64,000 bases of DNA from Priapulus caudatus (taxonomy: Eukaryota), in NCBI RefSeq assembly GCF_000485595.1, contig NW_014577071.1:881600-945599 (forward strand), read 5' to 3'. The notes beneath the pieces were generated by a model. That model was not told the DNA's origin and did not search any database. It saw nothing but the letters and a program-made list of their open reading frames with translations. The position numbers and the translations under genes were made by a program. Below are positions 14,081 to 29,068 of this stretch, in pieces; the first letter of the stretch is position 1, and each line of letters opens with the position of its first letter.

Positions 14081-14806
14081 CGTGCTGTGCGTGTGGCGCG
14101 TTGTGTGTGTGGTGTGCGTGTGGCGTGTGCGTGTGCGTTGTGCGCTGTGCGTGTGCGTGTGCGTGTGCGTGTGCGTGTGCGTTTTGCGTTTGCGTGTGGT
14201 GTGCGGATGGTGCTGCGTGTAGCGTGTGCGGTGTGCGTTGTGGTGTGCGTGCGTGTGCGTGTGCGTGTGGTGTGCACGCGCTGCGCGCGCGTGTGTGTAT
14301 TGATTGTGCGTGTGTGCGTGGCGTGTTTGTAACATATATGTGTTGCGCAGCAGCAGCAGCAGCAGCAGCAGCAGCACCATAGCAGTAGCAGTAGCAGCTC
14401 AGCTGCAGCAGCCGATGCGGCTCGCTTATCTCCCCACGCCTGCAGAGAGCTGATATTTCTCCGGCGATTCTCAAGGCAATTAAACGGGTCGATTACAAAA
14501 TTTGAATAACATAAGCTATTGAGGCAGAGCACTTTATCCGTTTCGAAACTGTTTTACTCCACTCGCTCGAGCGTATAGTCCGCACTGCGGTTTTGCCTGG
14601 TAAATTCCCTCTCTCACCCCCTCTCTCTTATATATATATACATATATATATTATATATTGTGATATCTATATCGTGAGTCGCACATATATATGACGAATT
14701 CATATCGTACAGTCCAACAATGGACTCCGATTTCGCTACAGTTTATTAAACTTGCGGTGGTTGGGTGGGGCGGGGCGGGTAGGGGGTATTACATGAACAC
14801 GTTCAT

Positions 14807-15839
14807 CGCTATTGCTATTGCTATTGCTATTGCTATCGCTAACGCTATTGCTATTGCTATTGCTATTGCTATTGCTATTGCTATTGCTATTGCTATCGCC
14901 TCTTGCGTTCCTTACTGTTCGCCTGCACCGTTTTCTGGTCTATTTTAGATGCCGCTTCCTATTTTCGCACCGACACGCAGTTCGGGAGACAGACCACGGC
15001 GCACTAACGCGCGATTACAGCGTTTATTACGTGTATAACGACACGTCGCGTGACGTTCCTCTGCCTATCCGCGTAGCGCATGCTCCCGTGCTCAACACAG
15101 ACTGATGGCTGATACGGTGACGGCCGCGATTAAAATTTCCACTCCAAATTCCAAATTATCTTTCACTTTTCCCATGCCTTAATTCAATACTGCTTCGACG
15201 CAGCGTTCACTTGATTAAAAGCTAATAGCAGTATAAACCGCAAACTGGATATTTTCCCATAATAGTTCCGTTTCGAAACTAATTTTTCTGAACATCCACA
15301 TTATGATACTCCTGTTATAGTCTTCAATATGTAAGCGTATAGCAACGCATAAACAATGCAAGCTCAAGTAATAATATGATCCTCATTTGAACATCATGAG
15401 GAATATTTCGCTTTCATTATAATGGTTCCTTAATTACTCTCTCGCTCTTACTACGAGTCTACCATATACTCGCGCATACAGTGTTCGTAATATTGACAGT
15501 TTACTACTACTCTATACATTCGTCGCCGTGTCTGCTGCGGCGTGCAGTGCGTGCGTGCGTGCGGCGTCGTGGCGCTGCCACGGCGTGCATAAGTACAACG
15601 CTCGCGACGCATGTTCGTGCTGTGCGCGCTGCGCATGGCACCGTACGATATTCATAGGAGGACAGACGCGGTGTTTAAGGCCGATGTGTTGTAGCATCAT
15701 ATGCCGAGACGCCATTATAGCCTCATTATACGAACAGAACGTCGAGCACGAGCTGATGCCTCGCGCTGTGCGCATAAGCACTTTTACATTCCGCATGGAC
15801 CTAATTCTCTATACGTTACCGGGCTTGTGTGTGTGTGCG

Positions 15840-15876
<37 letters not shown>

Positions 15877-17559
15877 GCTGGGTCGTGATGGGTGTGTTGT
15901 GTGTGCGCGCGAGTGTGTTGCTGTGTGTGTGCGTGTTGTGGGTAGTGTGTGTGTGTGCGTGGTGCGTGTGCGTGCTGCGTGTGCGTGTGCGTGTAGCGTG
16001 TGCGTGTGCGTGGTGCGTGTTGCGTGTGCGTGTGCGCTGTGCGTGTGCGTCGTGCGTGTGCAGTGTGCGTGTGCGTCTCGTGCGTGCGTGTGTGTGTGCA
16101 TGATTGCGTGTACGTGTGTGCGTTTACATATACGCTCACTCGCGTGAGCGTGTGCGTGTGCTGTGCGTTGCGCGTGCATGCAGATAGGAACATGTGCGTG
16201 TACTCTGTATGATATGTGGATGTACGTGCGGTGTACGGTACGTGTGTACGTTACATGTGTATGTAGTGCGTTACGTGTTATGGCTACCACACATGTGCGT
16301 GTACGTTGTGCTGCTGCGTGTTGCGTGTGCGTGTGCGTGTGCGTGTGCGTGTTGCGTTTGTGCGTGTGCGTGTGCGTAGGGTGTGTGCATGTTGCGTGTG
16401 CGTGTGCGTGTCGCGTTTACAGTATACGTGCACGCCGTCGAAGCGTGTGCGTGTGCGTGTTGCCGCTGCGCGTGCATTTCGTGTTTACGTGTGCGTATGT
16501 AGCGTGTGCGTTATAACGTGTGTGTTTACGTAGTACTTGCACCCGTGAGCGTGCATGTGCGTGATAGCTGTGTGCATCAGCTGCGTATTCATCGTGCGCG
16601 TACACTTTATACGTGTGTGTGTTGTGCTCTGCGTCGTGCGCTGCACAAGCATGTGTATGTGCTGTGCGTATAGGGCGTGTGTGTGCTTTTGCGTGTGCAT
16701 GTAGGCGTGCTGCGAATCTTCTACATTATAAAATCTAATGCGTACGCTGTCCATCATATTATGTTACTCGCCCGAGATTTTTCCTCGTGCAAGATTTTTA
16801 ACAGCTTATAGTTTGCGTCTGCCCCTCTGTGTGCACGCGTAGCAACGTAACCCTGCCACACCAGAACACAGAGGTCACTGTGCGGTATTACGAAGGCGCC
16901 CATGGTATCAACAATAGCTTCCTCAAGATGCCCACCAATCATTTGTCACGTGCCAGCTCATGCCAGTTCTCAAGCGATTATACTAGAGTTTCGCTGCGAA
17001 GGCGAATTTCAATATGCACGCCGACGTATGCGAAACTTCACGTAGAGACTAGCACGAAGCAATAACTGTAAGAAAATGCGAGGCGAATTTTCGTGCGTGC
17101 GTAGTGCTGTGTGTGCTGTGGTGTGCGTGTGTGTGTTGTGTGTGTGTGTTTGTGTGTGGGTGTGTGTGTGTGCTGTGTGTGTGTGTGTGTGTGTGTGTGT
17201 GTCGTGTAGTGTGCTGTGCTGTGGTGAGAGGGCAAAAGGCCAGAAAGCAGATAAAGAGAGGAAGGTGGAGAGAGAGAGAGGGGAGGAGAAAGACGAGAAG
17301 ATGGAAAGGTGTAGCGGAAAGCCGAAGCGGGGGGCGGGGCGTGCCAGGAGGAGAGAGAGCAGAGAGGGCAAGAGAGACAAGAGAGAGATGGAAAGGCAAA
17401 AGCGATAAAGGAGAGAGAGAGAGAAGAAAAGAGCGAGAGAGAAAGCGAGGGGAAGAGAGAGAGAAGCAGATAGAGAGAGAAAGAGAGAGAGAGGTCGCGC
17501 GAATAGAGAGAGGAGGAGAGAGACGCAAAGACCGAAGAGCAGGAGAACGCGAGCAGGAA

Positions 17560-17628
<69 letters not shown>

Positions 17629-19209
17629 CTTCCAAACATTCTAACTCGATTCTTTGTCTACTGTGAGTCGTCTGCTGCTCGCATCATCACATATCAGCTG
17701 ATGTCTGTGGTTTACACGAACCATCACATCTGTTCGGCAAAGAGTTCAAGTTAATGTTTAATTTGAGCGTAAACTCTGGCGGATGCAATGTTTACACGTC
17801 TATATAGCCGATGAAGAAGCCAGTGTTACAGACCTGTCCCAGATGGTTATCCAGATGTTTTCCACCGTTATCATTTTAGGTTTCAATTTACACGTGTTTT
17901 TATTCTGCATGGCCACATTCATGCGATATGCTCTGCGACCTATGTGTTTAGGAACAACGATAATTCAAATAATTCTGGATCGTTCAGTTTAGTTCATGAA
18001 ATTCATTACTACATACGTCATAGCATAGATCGGTTGTTTCAAGTACTCGTGTCAACGTTTACCTGACTTTCATAAAGGAAATTCAGTATCGATGTTACGT
18101 CGGCTTCAGTGGCATTCGCCCAATTAGTACTCGCGTTAATAAGCTATACAACGTCTGTTTTCTGTGATTTGATATGAAGAATTAGAGCATTGCTACTCGT
18201 GATGCTGTCACTTGCGACTATGGTATTAACGGAGGTATTATGACTCTATACTGTGCTGTTAACTACATAGCTGTTAGCTGTGTATTTTTTCATCTGTATC
18301 TTGTAACCCTTTGACACGCAGTATAGCCATTCTTTGCTTCGTAAAGCATAGGAGTACGCATGTCGAAGTGTTTCGGAAAGCGATTGCAATTACACATTGT
18401 GCCTAGAACTGTATAGATTTAATCGAAATGTGTTTTTTCTTGCAAAGGAGCCAGTGTCTGGATACGGCTAAGCCTCCATGTTTTTTTAGTAATGCACGAT
18501 GTAGGCCCCTATGCAAAGCGAGCACGGAGCGGTGGAAATCGGCAGTCGTGCCACATAATCGCAATTACTTGATATAATTAGGAGCCGAAATTCTAGTGTC
18601 CCAAATCGACAACCCCGCTGGGTATAGGCGTGCGTACGACAAAACCATGGTTTGGAAAGAATAACAAGTAGATACAATTAAGTGGTTGACGCGTAACAGC
18701 GAGGAAAGCGTAAAATTGCACAGTCGGGAACCATGTAAATGCCTCATTCCTATAGATATAGCCTATAGATTGAACTAGTATGACCACCTCAATCAGAAGA
18801 CCCCCCCCCCACCAACCCACTGCAAAAATTAATGTTGGCACATCGATATGAATGTCTACTCTGGCCAGTATATCGTCACCCTAACTCCAACATGGACATT
18901 GTCCATCTTGGGGAAGTTATTCAGATAACCCACCGATAATCAGAGTGACCCAGAAGACGTCGATCGAGTATATGGTTTTTTTCTGCACCTGTGACGGTCG
19001 GTAGATAAAATGCGGGATTGCTGCGCATGCGTACATTGCATAAAGCACTTGCGGAACGGATTGAATGTTAATTAGCCAATAATTAGGACCTAGATATCTC
19101 TGTGCACACTAAAATGGAGCGCTGAGAGCTGAATAGACGGGAGGGTGATAGGACGGGATAGAAATAGACGGAGATGATTAGAAATAAATATAAACATAAA
19201 CATAATAAA

Positions 19210-19255
<46 letters not shown>

Positions 19256-22200
19256 CTATTATTATTATTATTATTAATGATAGTAATAATAATACTGATA
19301 GCAATAGAGGATGAAAACGTCGACAGAAGCGCAGTGCGTTTTTAATAATTATTGCCTATAAACTGTTCGACGATAATGAACAATTATGCAATAGCGCCCA
19401 TAACACGCGACCACATTTTTTCACACCTGTCTTCCCATTCTTTAACCGTTCATAACTAGCTTCCTTGCTCAACCTTAATGCGATGTTTTGTCACATTATG
19501 TGCACGCGCTCATTCGGAGAGGAAAGTACACGAGGCATTGCACTATTCCATTAGCATCCATTATATTACAAGAGTTTTAATAGACTAATACATAATTTAT
19601 GGCGTTTCCGTACGCTTGCGTCCGCGTGCAACTTAATGTTTTCGCATTCGTGATTACGTCACACGGATCGCGCGCGTGCACATGCTACCTGCTTACTGTC
19701 ATGTGATGTCGACGTGCGGATAGAGCGGTCACGTAGCTGTCACCAACCTACCGTCACATACCCCTTCACGCCGTCACACCTTTGCAATCCTCTATACACG
19801 CTCTCTACTCTCTAGTACCGAAAAGTAGTTTCAGGTGTATGCAATCACGATTGTCTCTCATTGTTATCCGCCCAGCATTAAATAACAATGCATTAGCGGC
19901 GAGGTTAATTGAGATTTGGTAGCGCTCAACTCCGGTACAATCTCGCGGAAACCAGCTGTCATTAGTAATATCACAAATCTCGTAAACATGTGGTTTGGAA
20001 AGCGAGGCTTACAGTCGTCGCAAATCCGCTTATCAACTGCACATGCGTGCGTGAAGATCCACTCTTTTTTTAACCGCTCATAAATCTTGTTTACCATACG
20101 TGGAACTGAAAAATTGAACACTGGCTGTTAGAGGTTTAGGTAGGCATAGGAGCCTAGAGTAATCTTACGAGACGACGAAAGCAAAATTTGTTCGCCAACC
20201 TGGAAGTAAACCCCTTCTTCTATTTAGCTTTCCAATTGCTTCATGTTAAACGAAATAAATTCTACCATTATGTAATAAATGAGATTTTATGGTTTCCATG
20301 GCAATTCGTGCTCAATAATTCATTGTGCCACTAGGGATATTGGTGCGAGCGTCTCTTTATTGGCTGTTGCTCTGGCTATTAGTCCAGCCAAATTGACACG
20401 AGTAAATAATATTGCCGAAATCCTTCCATTTGCGCATGTAATATTTATGCGTGTAGGACACTTCCTGTACTGAAGCAGTGGATTAATTAGAAACCTGAAG
20501 TGTCTAGATGCGCGAGCGCCTTGCACGAGAGAATATTGTCCGTGCAGAGGACAGGAGGAGTATATGCGTGCGCATGCCACTATAGCTCGTGTGCGGCATG
20601 GATGAAGCTAGCCAGCCAGCATGCATGCGGATCGGCAGATCAATATTGGTTTAGCAATAAAGTTGCGATATACACGTAAAATTACGCGCGCGCGCGTAGA
20701 GAGCGCGCGGACTAGAAATGGTTACGGGGTCCGTTATCGTTGTTTACTGGGTATTACCCGGAGCGGGCGCTGATAGAAATGCTGGAGGCTTCACTGCTAA
20801 GCTTGATAGTAAAATCTTTATAATAAGATGAAATATGGTTCGCCCCCGACAATCGCCAACGCCCGGCTTGCGTGCGCCTGATAACCGCTCTCTGAGCGTC
20901 AGCTGTGAACGTGTGTCAGTTCAAGCAGGCGTTCAGGCGAGACTGCATCTAGCTCGCGCGGGGGAAGCGAAGCAGGTCTTCGCACCTATTCGTTATTCTC
21001 TCCGCGGCGCAGCGCTATTGTCCCATTATGCTTTACCTCGTCATCACGCGCGGAAGCTCGCGTATACGTGCTGCTCATAGTGTATGCATCGTCTCTCTAT
21101 TCACGAAGATGCGGTGCTGTGACGATACGCGTGCTGCCTGTGGGTGCATGTACTGCATCGCACACTGTAGCGGTGGAATGTGTGCATGTGCTACAGCGGG
21201 AACACGCAGAGCGATAACGTGCCGGATATTATTAACGAGTTCTGCGGGAAAGGGAAGAAGTAGGCCTGCGTCCGGGCCGACGTCGCGCCGAGAATGTCAA
21301 GCCGACGATGTCTACGACGACGGTGTTTTCTACGTCGTACGTAATGTTGACGACGGTCTGTGGACTCGTGCGCGCGCGCAGGGGGCGTGCATGCGCGCGG
21401 GCGTGCGAGTGCGCGTGCGTAAGTGAGCGCGTGTGTGAGCGCGTGCGTACGTGCGTACGTGTGCGCGCGTGGGCGCGCGTGTGCGCGTGCGTTAGTGTGC
21501 TCGCTCGGGAATGCGTGAGCGTTCTACGTGAAAACTACATTGCTAACTTGTTTTTTTCTAAAGGATAACTAGCCGTTTGCAAATCGTCGGTGCCGCTGCC
21601 CGTGGGGACGAATCTGCCCTTCCCCTCCCCCATAGCTACGGCAGTACATTTTCTTGACATTATGCACGTGCTGTTGCGTAGATACCCAGGGGCAGTTAGA
21701 TATGAAAAAAATGTTGGTCTCAATGACTCACTTCATTAATTATAAGGCAATAAATTCTTCAAACATCCGAAAAAGCTGAGATAGAAAAATAAGCTCAGCC
21801 GCGTGTGTCTGTGCGCATGCCTTGCATCTGCTATAGAAAATTACCTTTTGTTAGAATTGTGTATTTAAAAGGAAGATGACATACCAAGGAAGAGTTTTCT
21901 ATGAAAAAGTAAAACGCATTTTCTTGTGTATACAATGAGACTGAACCCAATTATCTCAACATCCGAATATAATTATTTTCAATTTGTGTTGCCGCTTGTC
22001 GGCGCTAGTGTCGCGTGTGTAGAAGTAGTAGTACGCGGGAAGTAGTGTGTAATGATAAACAAAGTATATTCGTATATAACTTTGCTAAGATTATACCCTT
22101 GTACTGAGTGCATACTCCGGAGCAGTAAGACGATACGTTGATCCCAATGATTAACTTTTGTATTTGTATTTGTATTGTATTATATTTGTATTGTATTGTA

Positions 22201-25200
22201 ATCAAGTATTTGTAAGGTAAAAAATATTCAAACTATTCCCAAAACGTGCGATAGATCATAGGGTCAGATGTGCCTGTGCGCATGCCTACTATTCTGCAAA
22301 TGGAAATATCATTTTGTTGTAATTATGTATTTAAAAAAGAGAGGACTTGTTCAAGACTAGGTTACTCTGAAAAATGCTAAACGCCTTAGGTCCATGATAT
22401 AATAAGAGCTAGCCCAATCTTCTCAACATCTCAATTCCATACATTACCGTTGCCGTTGGATGGCGCTAGTGTCACGCAAGAAAAAGTAGTATATGATGCG
22501 CAATGAAATACATTTATATGCGATTATGTTAAAGTTATCCACCTGTAGTAAGCACACGCAGTAGTAGTTAAAAGTAGAAAATGGTAATCCACTTCGTTGA
22601 TTAGTTCGTACCCACTACGATAGCCACTCACGAGTCAAACTTGTCCCTGCGACTGCACACTATCTGCATCACTATAGATAAGAATCATCACATTTTCTAG
22701 AAATTATTATTTTTAGAAAAAAAGAACGTAATCGGAAATATGTTTTTTTGTGTGATAAAATGTGAAATTCATCGACTGCCTTACATAGGAAGTCGGAGCA
22801 CATTCATAATATCGCGATTCCGGGCAACAGCGATTGAAATTATATACATTTTCGTTGACGTTGCTTGGCGCTACTGTTACGCATGCGAACTTGTATGTGA
22901 TGCTAATAATATTGTGTGATGTAAGCGTAATATACTCGTAATAGGGTCATGACCAAATCGTTTGGCCTAGGATGGGAAAGCCACGGACGCTTTGCGGTCT
23001 GGACAGTTGATCGTGGGCCGTTGGCTGTTGACGTTGCCAATGTCGGAAGGGGGAACTGTCCCCTCTGCTTGCTTCCCAGCCAGCTACGGCCCTCGTATGT
23101 GAATGCACGGTATAGCAATGTGCGTGAATGCTTTTGCGTGCGCGTACCTATGTCCTTGTTCGCCCATCCACTGTGCGAGCGTACGCATGCACGTACGTGC
23201 CTGCGGGCCTACGGACTTTCATGAGTACTCGAAAAAATTCCGTTACGCGTATTTCTACTAGAAAAAAAGAGTAAATTACAGGAACATTCATGGCGTCGAA
23301 AAACCGATTGCAGCGATGTCCCAGCACGGTGCTGCGACAGCAGTTAATATTTTATCGATTGGTTGCGTCCGGACAACTTTCTAATTACAAGCAAAACGCT
23401 GTAATTAATAAAACACCGCAGAACGCTGCGTTCACAATAATCGCCTGGCAGAAAACACCGCTATTTCATCACAGACGCTGTGAGCCAGCGTGAAACACAA
23501 ATATTGTGTCAAAACCACAATGCTGTGATGTGAAGAAGTAATAAATAAGAATGTCATCGACAGCCTTCGGATCGGTGACATTTTTAAATGATCAAACGAC
23601 GTACGGGTCTGATACCCGGATTCCCTGTTGAGCAGGAAAACAAGATGGCCGCATGGAGACAAATATGCCCGTTACAGGTGTGCTGATTGCATAAATAAAA
23701 TAGTGAAAACCCTTATACGCAACCTAATATTAACCTAATACATTTAGGAAAAGCTATAGCAGCAGATTGCATCGATAGAGCAGAGAGCGGGCTGGACGTC
23801 ACGTGTCATGGTCACGTGTTCACCTTCGGGTATTGCTCGTCGTAACAACATAAACCAATGCATATCGAATTATTGAATAATCAACATACATTTAGGTTGA
23901 TGGTAACTGGTAAATTGCCACATATATGTAAATTGTGTGTGGAGGAAAATTAAGCAGGGGGGGGGTTACTTGAAGCAGGAGTCATTGGTCAGTTGACAGG
24001 TCAGTAACCCGAAATGTGAAGTCAGCAGGGATGCTTCAACAGCCGCACGCGCACACGGCCCAGTACACACACAAACACGACCACGCGTGCGTGAACGCGT
24101 ACGTGCGTCAATTTTCCTATGGAAACCCATGGTCGCCATGACACGTATTCGTATTAATCCATTTTAATCGCGTTAAAATAATGTTATTTGAACTAAATTC
24201 GAGCCAGTCAGAAAATTCGTTTTAATCAGGATTAAAATTAAGGTTTTAAGCAAGGTTAACTTCCCTGTAATCATATAGCAATGCTTTTTAATTGGGGCTA
24301 GCTTCCGTTCCCGCTTAATTTTAGACCAATCAAAAATGTTGTGCTAAGCCTCCCGTGCGCGGTAAGTGTGTGTGTGTGTTGGGGGGGGGGGGTACTATAA
24401 GGTGTTTACAACAAGTCGTACATGTTTTTCTTCACATTACAAATGTGCCTGATAACATGATTTGGTTATTTATAGCATCTTGTGGTTATACATTATTGAA
24501 GGTGGCATGTACGCAAACATGACCACGGACAAACCTGGGGGAACCGGGCAAATACACTCACACCCACGCGCGCGCGCGAGCGAACGTGTACAAGGATATT
24601 GGATATTGACTGCATCGCACGCGAAGCTTCAAGCGCGTTAATTGCATATAAAGATGACTCGTCAACGTGAAACCATATAGCAAGGACTAAGAGTGTAAAT
24701 GCATTTCAACCCTTGGGACACTTGGCCTCATATTTCATCGGCTAAGCCTTCTTATCTGTATTAATGCAGAGTACAGTTTCAATATTGTCCACACGAGTCG
24801 GCAGAAGAAAGCGGCTGCGGATGTTGTTGCCGGCGCAGAACACATGAATAAACAATGCTAATGTGTTGTTCGTGGCTACAGAATATCGCTCCACGTTGCT
24901 TCTCTCGACAATGAGGTGGAATACAATATAACTATGGGCTATAGAGTCTTTATCACAAAATTTCATTCACCCTCGACTAAATTTCCTTTTTACCCGAAAA
25001 TTTTCATTCACCCCCAAATTATTTCATTCACCCTTGGGTGGGCCCATTCACCAGTTTAAGAAGCACTTGGCTATAGCACACAAGTTAATAAATTTCAGCC
25101 CCATTTTGAAGGTTTAAATATCACCACTCACTGTACTGTATCATACCGTACTGTGTTGTGCTGCTCTCTGGTGTGCTATACTATACTATACTATACTATA

Positions 25201-27391
25201 CTATACTATACTATACTATGCTATGCTATGCTATGCTATGCTNNNNNNNNNNNNNNNNNNNNNNNNNNNNNNNNNNNNNNNNNNNNNNNNNNNNNNNNNN
25301 NNNNNNNNNNNNNNNNNNNNNNNNNNNNNNNNNNNNNNNNNNNNNNNNNNNNNNNNNNNNNNNNNNNNNNNNNNNNNNNNNNNNNNNNNNNNNNNNNNNN
25401 NNNNNNNNNNNNNNNNNNNNNNNNNNNNNNNNNNNNNNNNNNNNNNNNNNNNNNNNNNNNNNNNNNNNATGCTATTGCTAGGGCTATGCGATGCTATGCT
25501 ATGCTATGGCTGCTACTCTAGCTCTAACTCTACTTACTTACTTCTACCTACTCTACTCTATCTCTAACTCTAGCTCTACTTACTCTACTCTACTCTACTA
25601 CTCTACTCTACTCTAATCTCTCTACTCTACTCTACTCTACTCTACTCTACTCTACTCTACTCTACCTCTACTCTACTCTACTCTACTTCTACTCTACTTC
25701 TACTCTACTCTACTCTACTACTCTACTCTCCTCTACTCTACTCTACTCCTACTCTACTCCACTCACTATACTTACTTTACTCTGCCCTATACTCTACTCT
25801 ACACTACTCTACTCTACTCTACTACTACTCTACTCTACTCTAGCTCTACTCTACTCTACTCTACTCTACTCTACTCTACCTACTCTTACTCTACTCTTAC
25901 TCTAATTACTCTACTCTACTCTACTCTACTCTACTCTCTCTACTCTATTCTACTCTCTACTCTACATCCTAACCTTTACTCCACTCTACTCTATTCTACT
26001 CTCTACTCTACATCCTAACCTTTACTCCACTCTACTCTATTCTACTCTACTCTACTCTGTACGCTACTCTACTCTACTCTTACTCTCTACTCTACTCTAT
26101 CTACTCTACTCTAGCTCTATCTCTACTCTACTCTACTCTACTCTACTCTACTCTATCTCTACTCTACTCTACTCTACTCTACTACTTACTCTACTCTACT
26201 CTACTTGCTACCTCCTCTACTCTACTCTACTCTACTCTAACTATACTCTACTCTATCTCTACTCTACTCTACTCTACTCTACTCTTACTCTACTCTACTC
26301 TACTCTACTCTACTCTACTCTACTTCTACTCTACTCTACTCTCTACACCTCTACTCTCTTCTTACTCTACTCTACTCTACTCTACTCTACTCTACTCTAC
26401 TCTACTCTACTTCTATTACTCTACTCTACTCTACTCTACTCTACTCTACTCTACTCTACTCTACTCTACTCTACTCTTACTACTCTACTCTACTCTACTC
26501 TACTCTACTCTACTCTTACTGCTACTCTACTCTACTCTACTCTACTCTACTTCTACTCTACTCTACTTCTACTCTACTCTACCTCTATCTCTTACTCTAC
26601 TCTACTCTACTCTACTCTACTCTACTCTAGCTTACTCTACTTACTCTACTCTACTCTACTCTCTCTACTCTATCTTACTCTACTCTAACTCTACTCTACT
26701 CTACTCTACTCTACTCTACTCTACTCTACCTACTTATACTCTTACTCTACTCTACTCTACTCTACTCTACTCTACTCTACTCTACTCTACTCTAACGTAC
26801 GGCTGCACGTCAATTTCCCTTATCCACAATTTTATGTCACTTGCTCATATAAACTTGACAGCAAATCTAACACACATTCTCTTACAAATATGCATACATT
26901 ACATAGATAGGCTACACGCGTGCCTGCATGCGCAAACACGAGCGCACGCAATATCGCCTACAAATTCATTCACTGATTGACGTCGTTAGACCAACTGCCA
27001 TGATAAAATGATACTATCATCGCTACATATATAATTCGCCGGACCTGAATAAACACGCCAAGTAGTACGAGTACCTCGGAAAACAAGACACGAAGGCCCG
27101 ATTCGGTCAGTCAATAGTATCCTTATCGGGAAGGAGGCAATGTCTTCTAATATCGTGGGCATGTCCGGTGACCCGTACCAGAGTTTCATCTTCTTGAGTA
27201 CAAGATGAGTGTCTGGTGGGTGTCACACCGATCAACGACAATCTGGTGTTCATTCATGCGTCCGCCGCGTCATGTGAAGTCGCGCTTTATTTTTTATTTT
27301 TTATTTGAATGCGTTTTTTATTTCATGCTGCAAGCGCACGCATTGTGTTACTTTATACTTGAATGCTAACGTTCGCAGCGCGCGGCGCGCG

Positions 27392-27422
<31 letters not shown>

Positions 27423-27475
27423 TGGTGTGTGTGTGTGTGTGTGTGTGTGTTGTTGTGTTGCGTGCGTGTGTTTGT

Positions 27476-27519
<44 letters not shown>

Positions 27520-27780
27520 CGTGCGTGCGTGTGCGCGTTGTGTGTGTGCGTGTGCGTGTGGCGTGTGCGTGTGCGTTGTGCGCTGTGCGTGTGCGTGTGC
27601 GTGTGCGTGTGCGTGTGCGTTTTGCGTTTGCGTGTGCGTGTGCGGTGGTGTGCGTGTGCGTGTGCGGTGTGCGTTGTGCGTGTGCGTGCGTGTGCGTGTG
27701 CGTGTGGTGTGCACGCGCGCGCGCGCGTGTGTGTATTGTTGTGCGTGTGTGCGTGGCGTGTTTGTTATCATATATGTGTT
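14807..27780 (+). repeat. Copy 2 of the ~13.8-kb duplicated block
   Basis: Colinear with 1-14340, differing mainly by 1-nt indels. Confidence 0.92.
25243..25468. other. Assembly gap (226 N) inside pentamer satellite
   Basis: N run. Confidence 1.
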
Positions 27781-28011
27781 GCGTGTGCGTGTGCGTGTGC
27801 ACGCGCGCGCGCGCGTGTGTGTATGTGTGTGCGTGTGTGCGTGCGTGTTTGGTACATATATGTGTGCGTGCGTGTGCGTGCGCGCGCGTATGCGTGTGCG
27901 TGTGCGTGTGCACGCGCGCGCGTGTGTGTGTGCATGTATGTGTGTGCGTGTGTGCGTGTGTGCGTGCGTGTTTTGTACATATATGTGTGCGTGCGTGCGT
28001 GCGTGCATTTG

Positions 28012-28200
28012 TCTGCAACACATCTGCGACCTTCTCCTGCCATATAATCGTAATTGCAAGGCTTCCTCCCACGTTAAGGGACATCTACTCTTGGTCTCCC
28101 CCTCTACGTCTTGGTGATCAACTGGTCCAGCGATAAGCTCCATAAACTTTCTTTCGACTATGTTACTGTCCTTCTATAGTTCTAATGGGTTCTCTCGTTC
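28012..28200 (-). mobile_element. Possible degraded 3' end of an RTE-type LINE
   Basis: With frameshifts the minus strand reads PRRRGRPR...LTWEEA...W.EKVA, resembling RTE ORF C-termini, and then runs into a microsatellite. Confidence 0.25.
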
Positions 28201-29068
28201 GCGTTCTGTTTTTTTCGTCATCAGCACAGGAATATGCCACTGGAATATTCAATCGGACTATGCGGTATATGTAATATCGTGGAAAGACATAGAAGTAAAT
28301 ATACATGACTAAGCTATTGTTCTCTTTTGGGATACAGGCTAGCTGTGTAAAGTTATAACGCTGGACTAAACAGTGGTAGAATTAGCCAATTACAGACAGT
28401 AGCGTAGAACGGAGTGACCAGAAACAATAGGTAGGCGTGTCTACAAATGTGGGTATATAACCGCGTGTTCGACTAGAGACAGGATGGGAGAGAGAGTCAT
28501 AAAGAGAAGGTTAAGATGTACTAGGATTGGTTAGAGAAAGCTACGACACAGCAATAACCTCGTAAGTTGTGATGATTACTCGCGCACATCCACTGTACGC
28601 GTTTGCCCCGCCATGGGCTTATACATAGTTAAGGCAGTACAATTAAAGAGAATAACTGAATACGTATATCAGTGTTGTTATGTTCTTTATAATCTGTATT
28701 TGATAGACGTTAGCAAAGTGTGTAACCTAAACACTCACGCGTAACCACTAATACGATCACGGGTAGGATTTACCTTCCCTATACACGTATAGGCAGAGTT
28801 TTTTTTACCTTTCCTATGCAGAGTTTTATTTTATTATAACGGGCATTTTTACAGTCGTGCTGATCATTTGTAATACACTAGAGGTTATTCTTTTAGGTTT
28901 TGTTACTGTTCCTCGAGGTAGCAGATATTGAAAAGAAACATGCTTAGGTAATCATATATATATATCTACTACGTGATATAAGTGTATTTATGGATATCAT
29001 GCATGGATTAATAATGACTAGTTATGATAACAAATTATGATTTGTCATTATTAACCCCTACCCGATAT

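Larger units (their letters stand above)
1..14340 (+). repeat. Copy 1 of a ~13.8-kb duplicated block
   Basis: 1-1060 matches ~14810-15870 and 2210-14340 matches ~15995-27780. Identical six-frame ORFs recur at an offset of 13784 (e.g. 3045/16829, 2410/16194). Confidence 0.92.

Noticed and set aside
28270..28735. LTR-like segment (TGTAAT start, ATTAAA, ...AACA end)
   Set aside because: No TSD, second LTR, PBS or PPT found.
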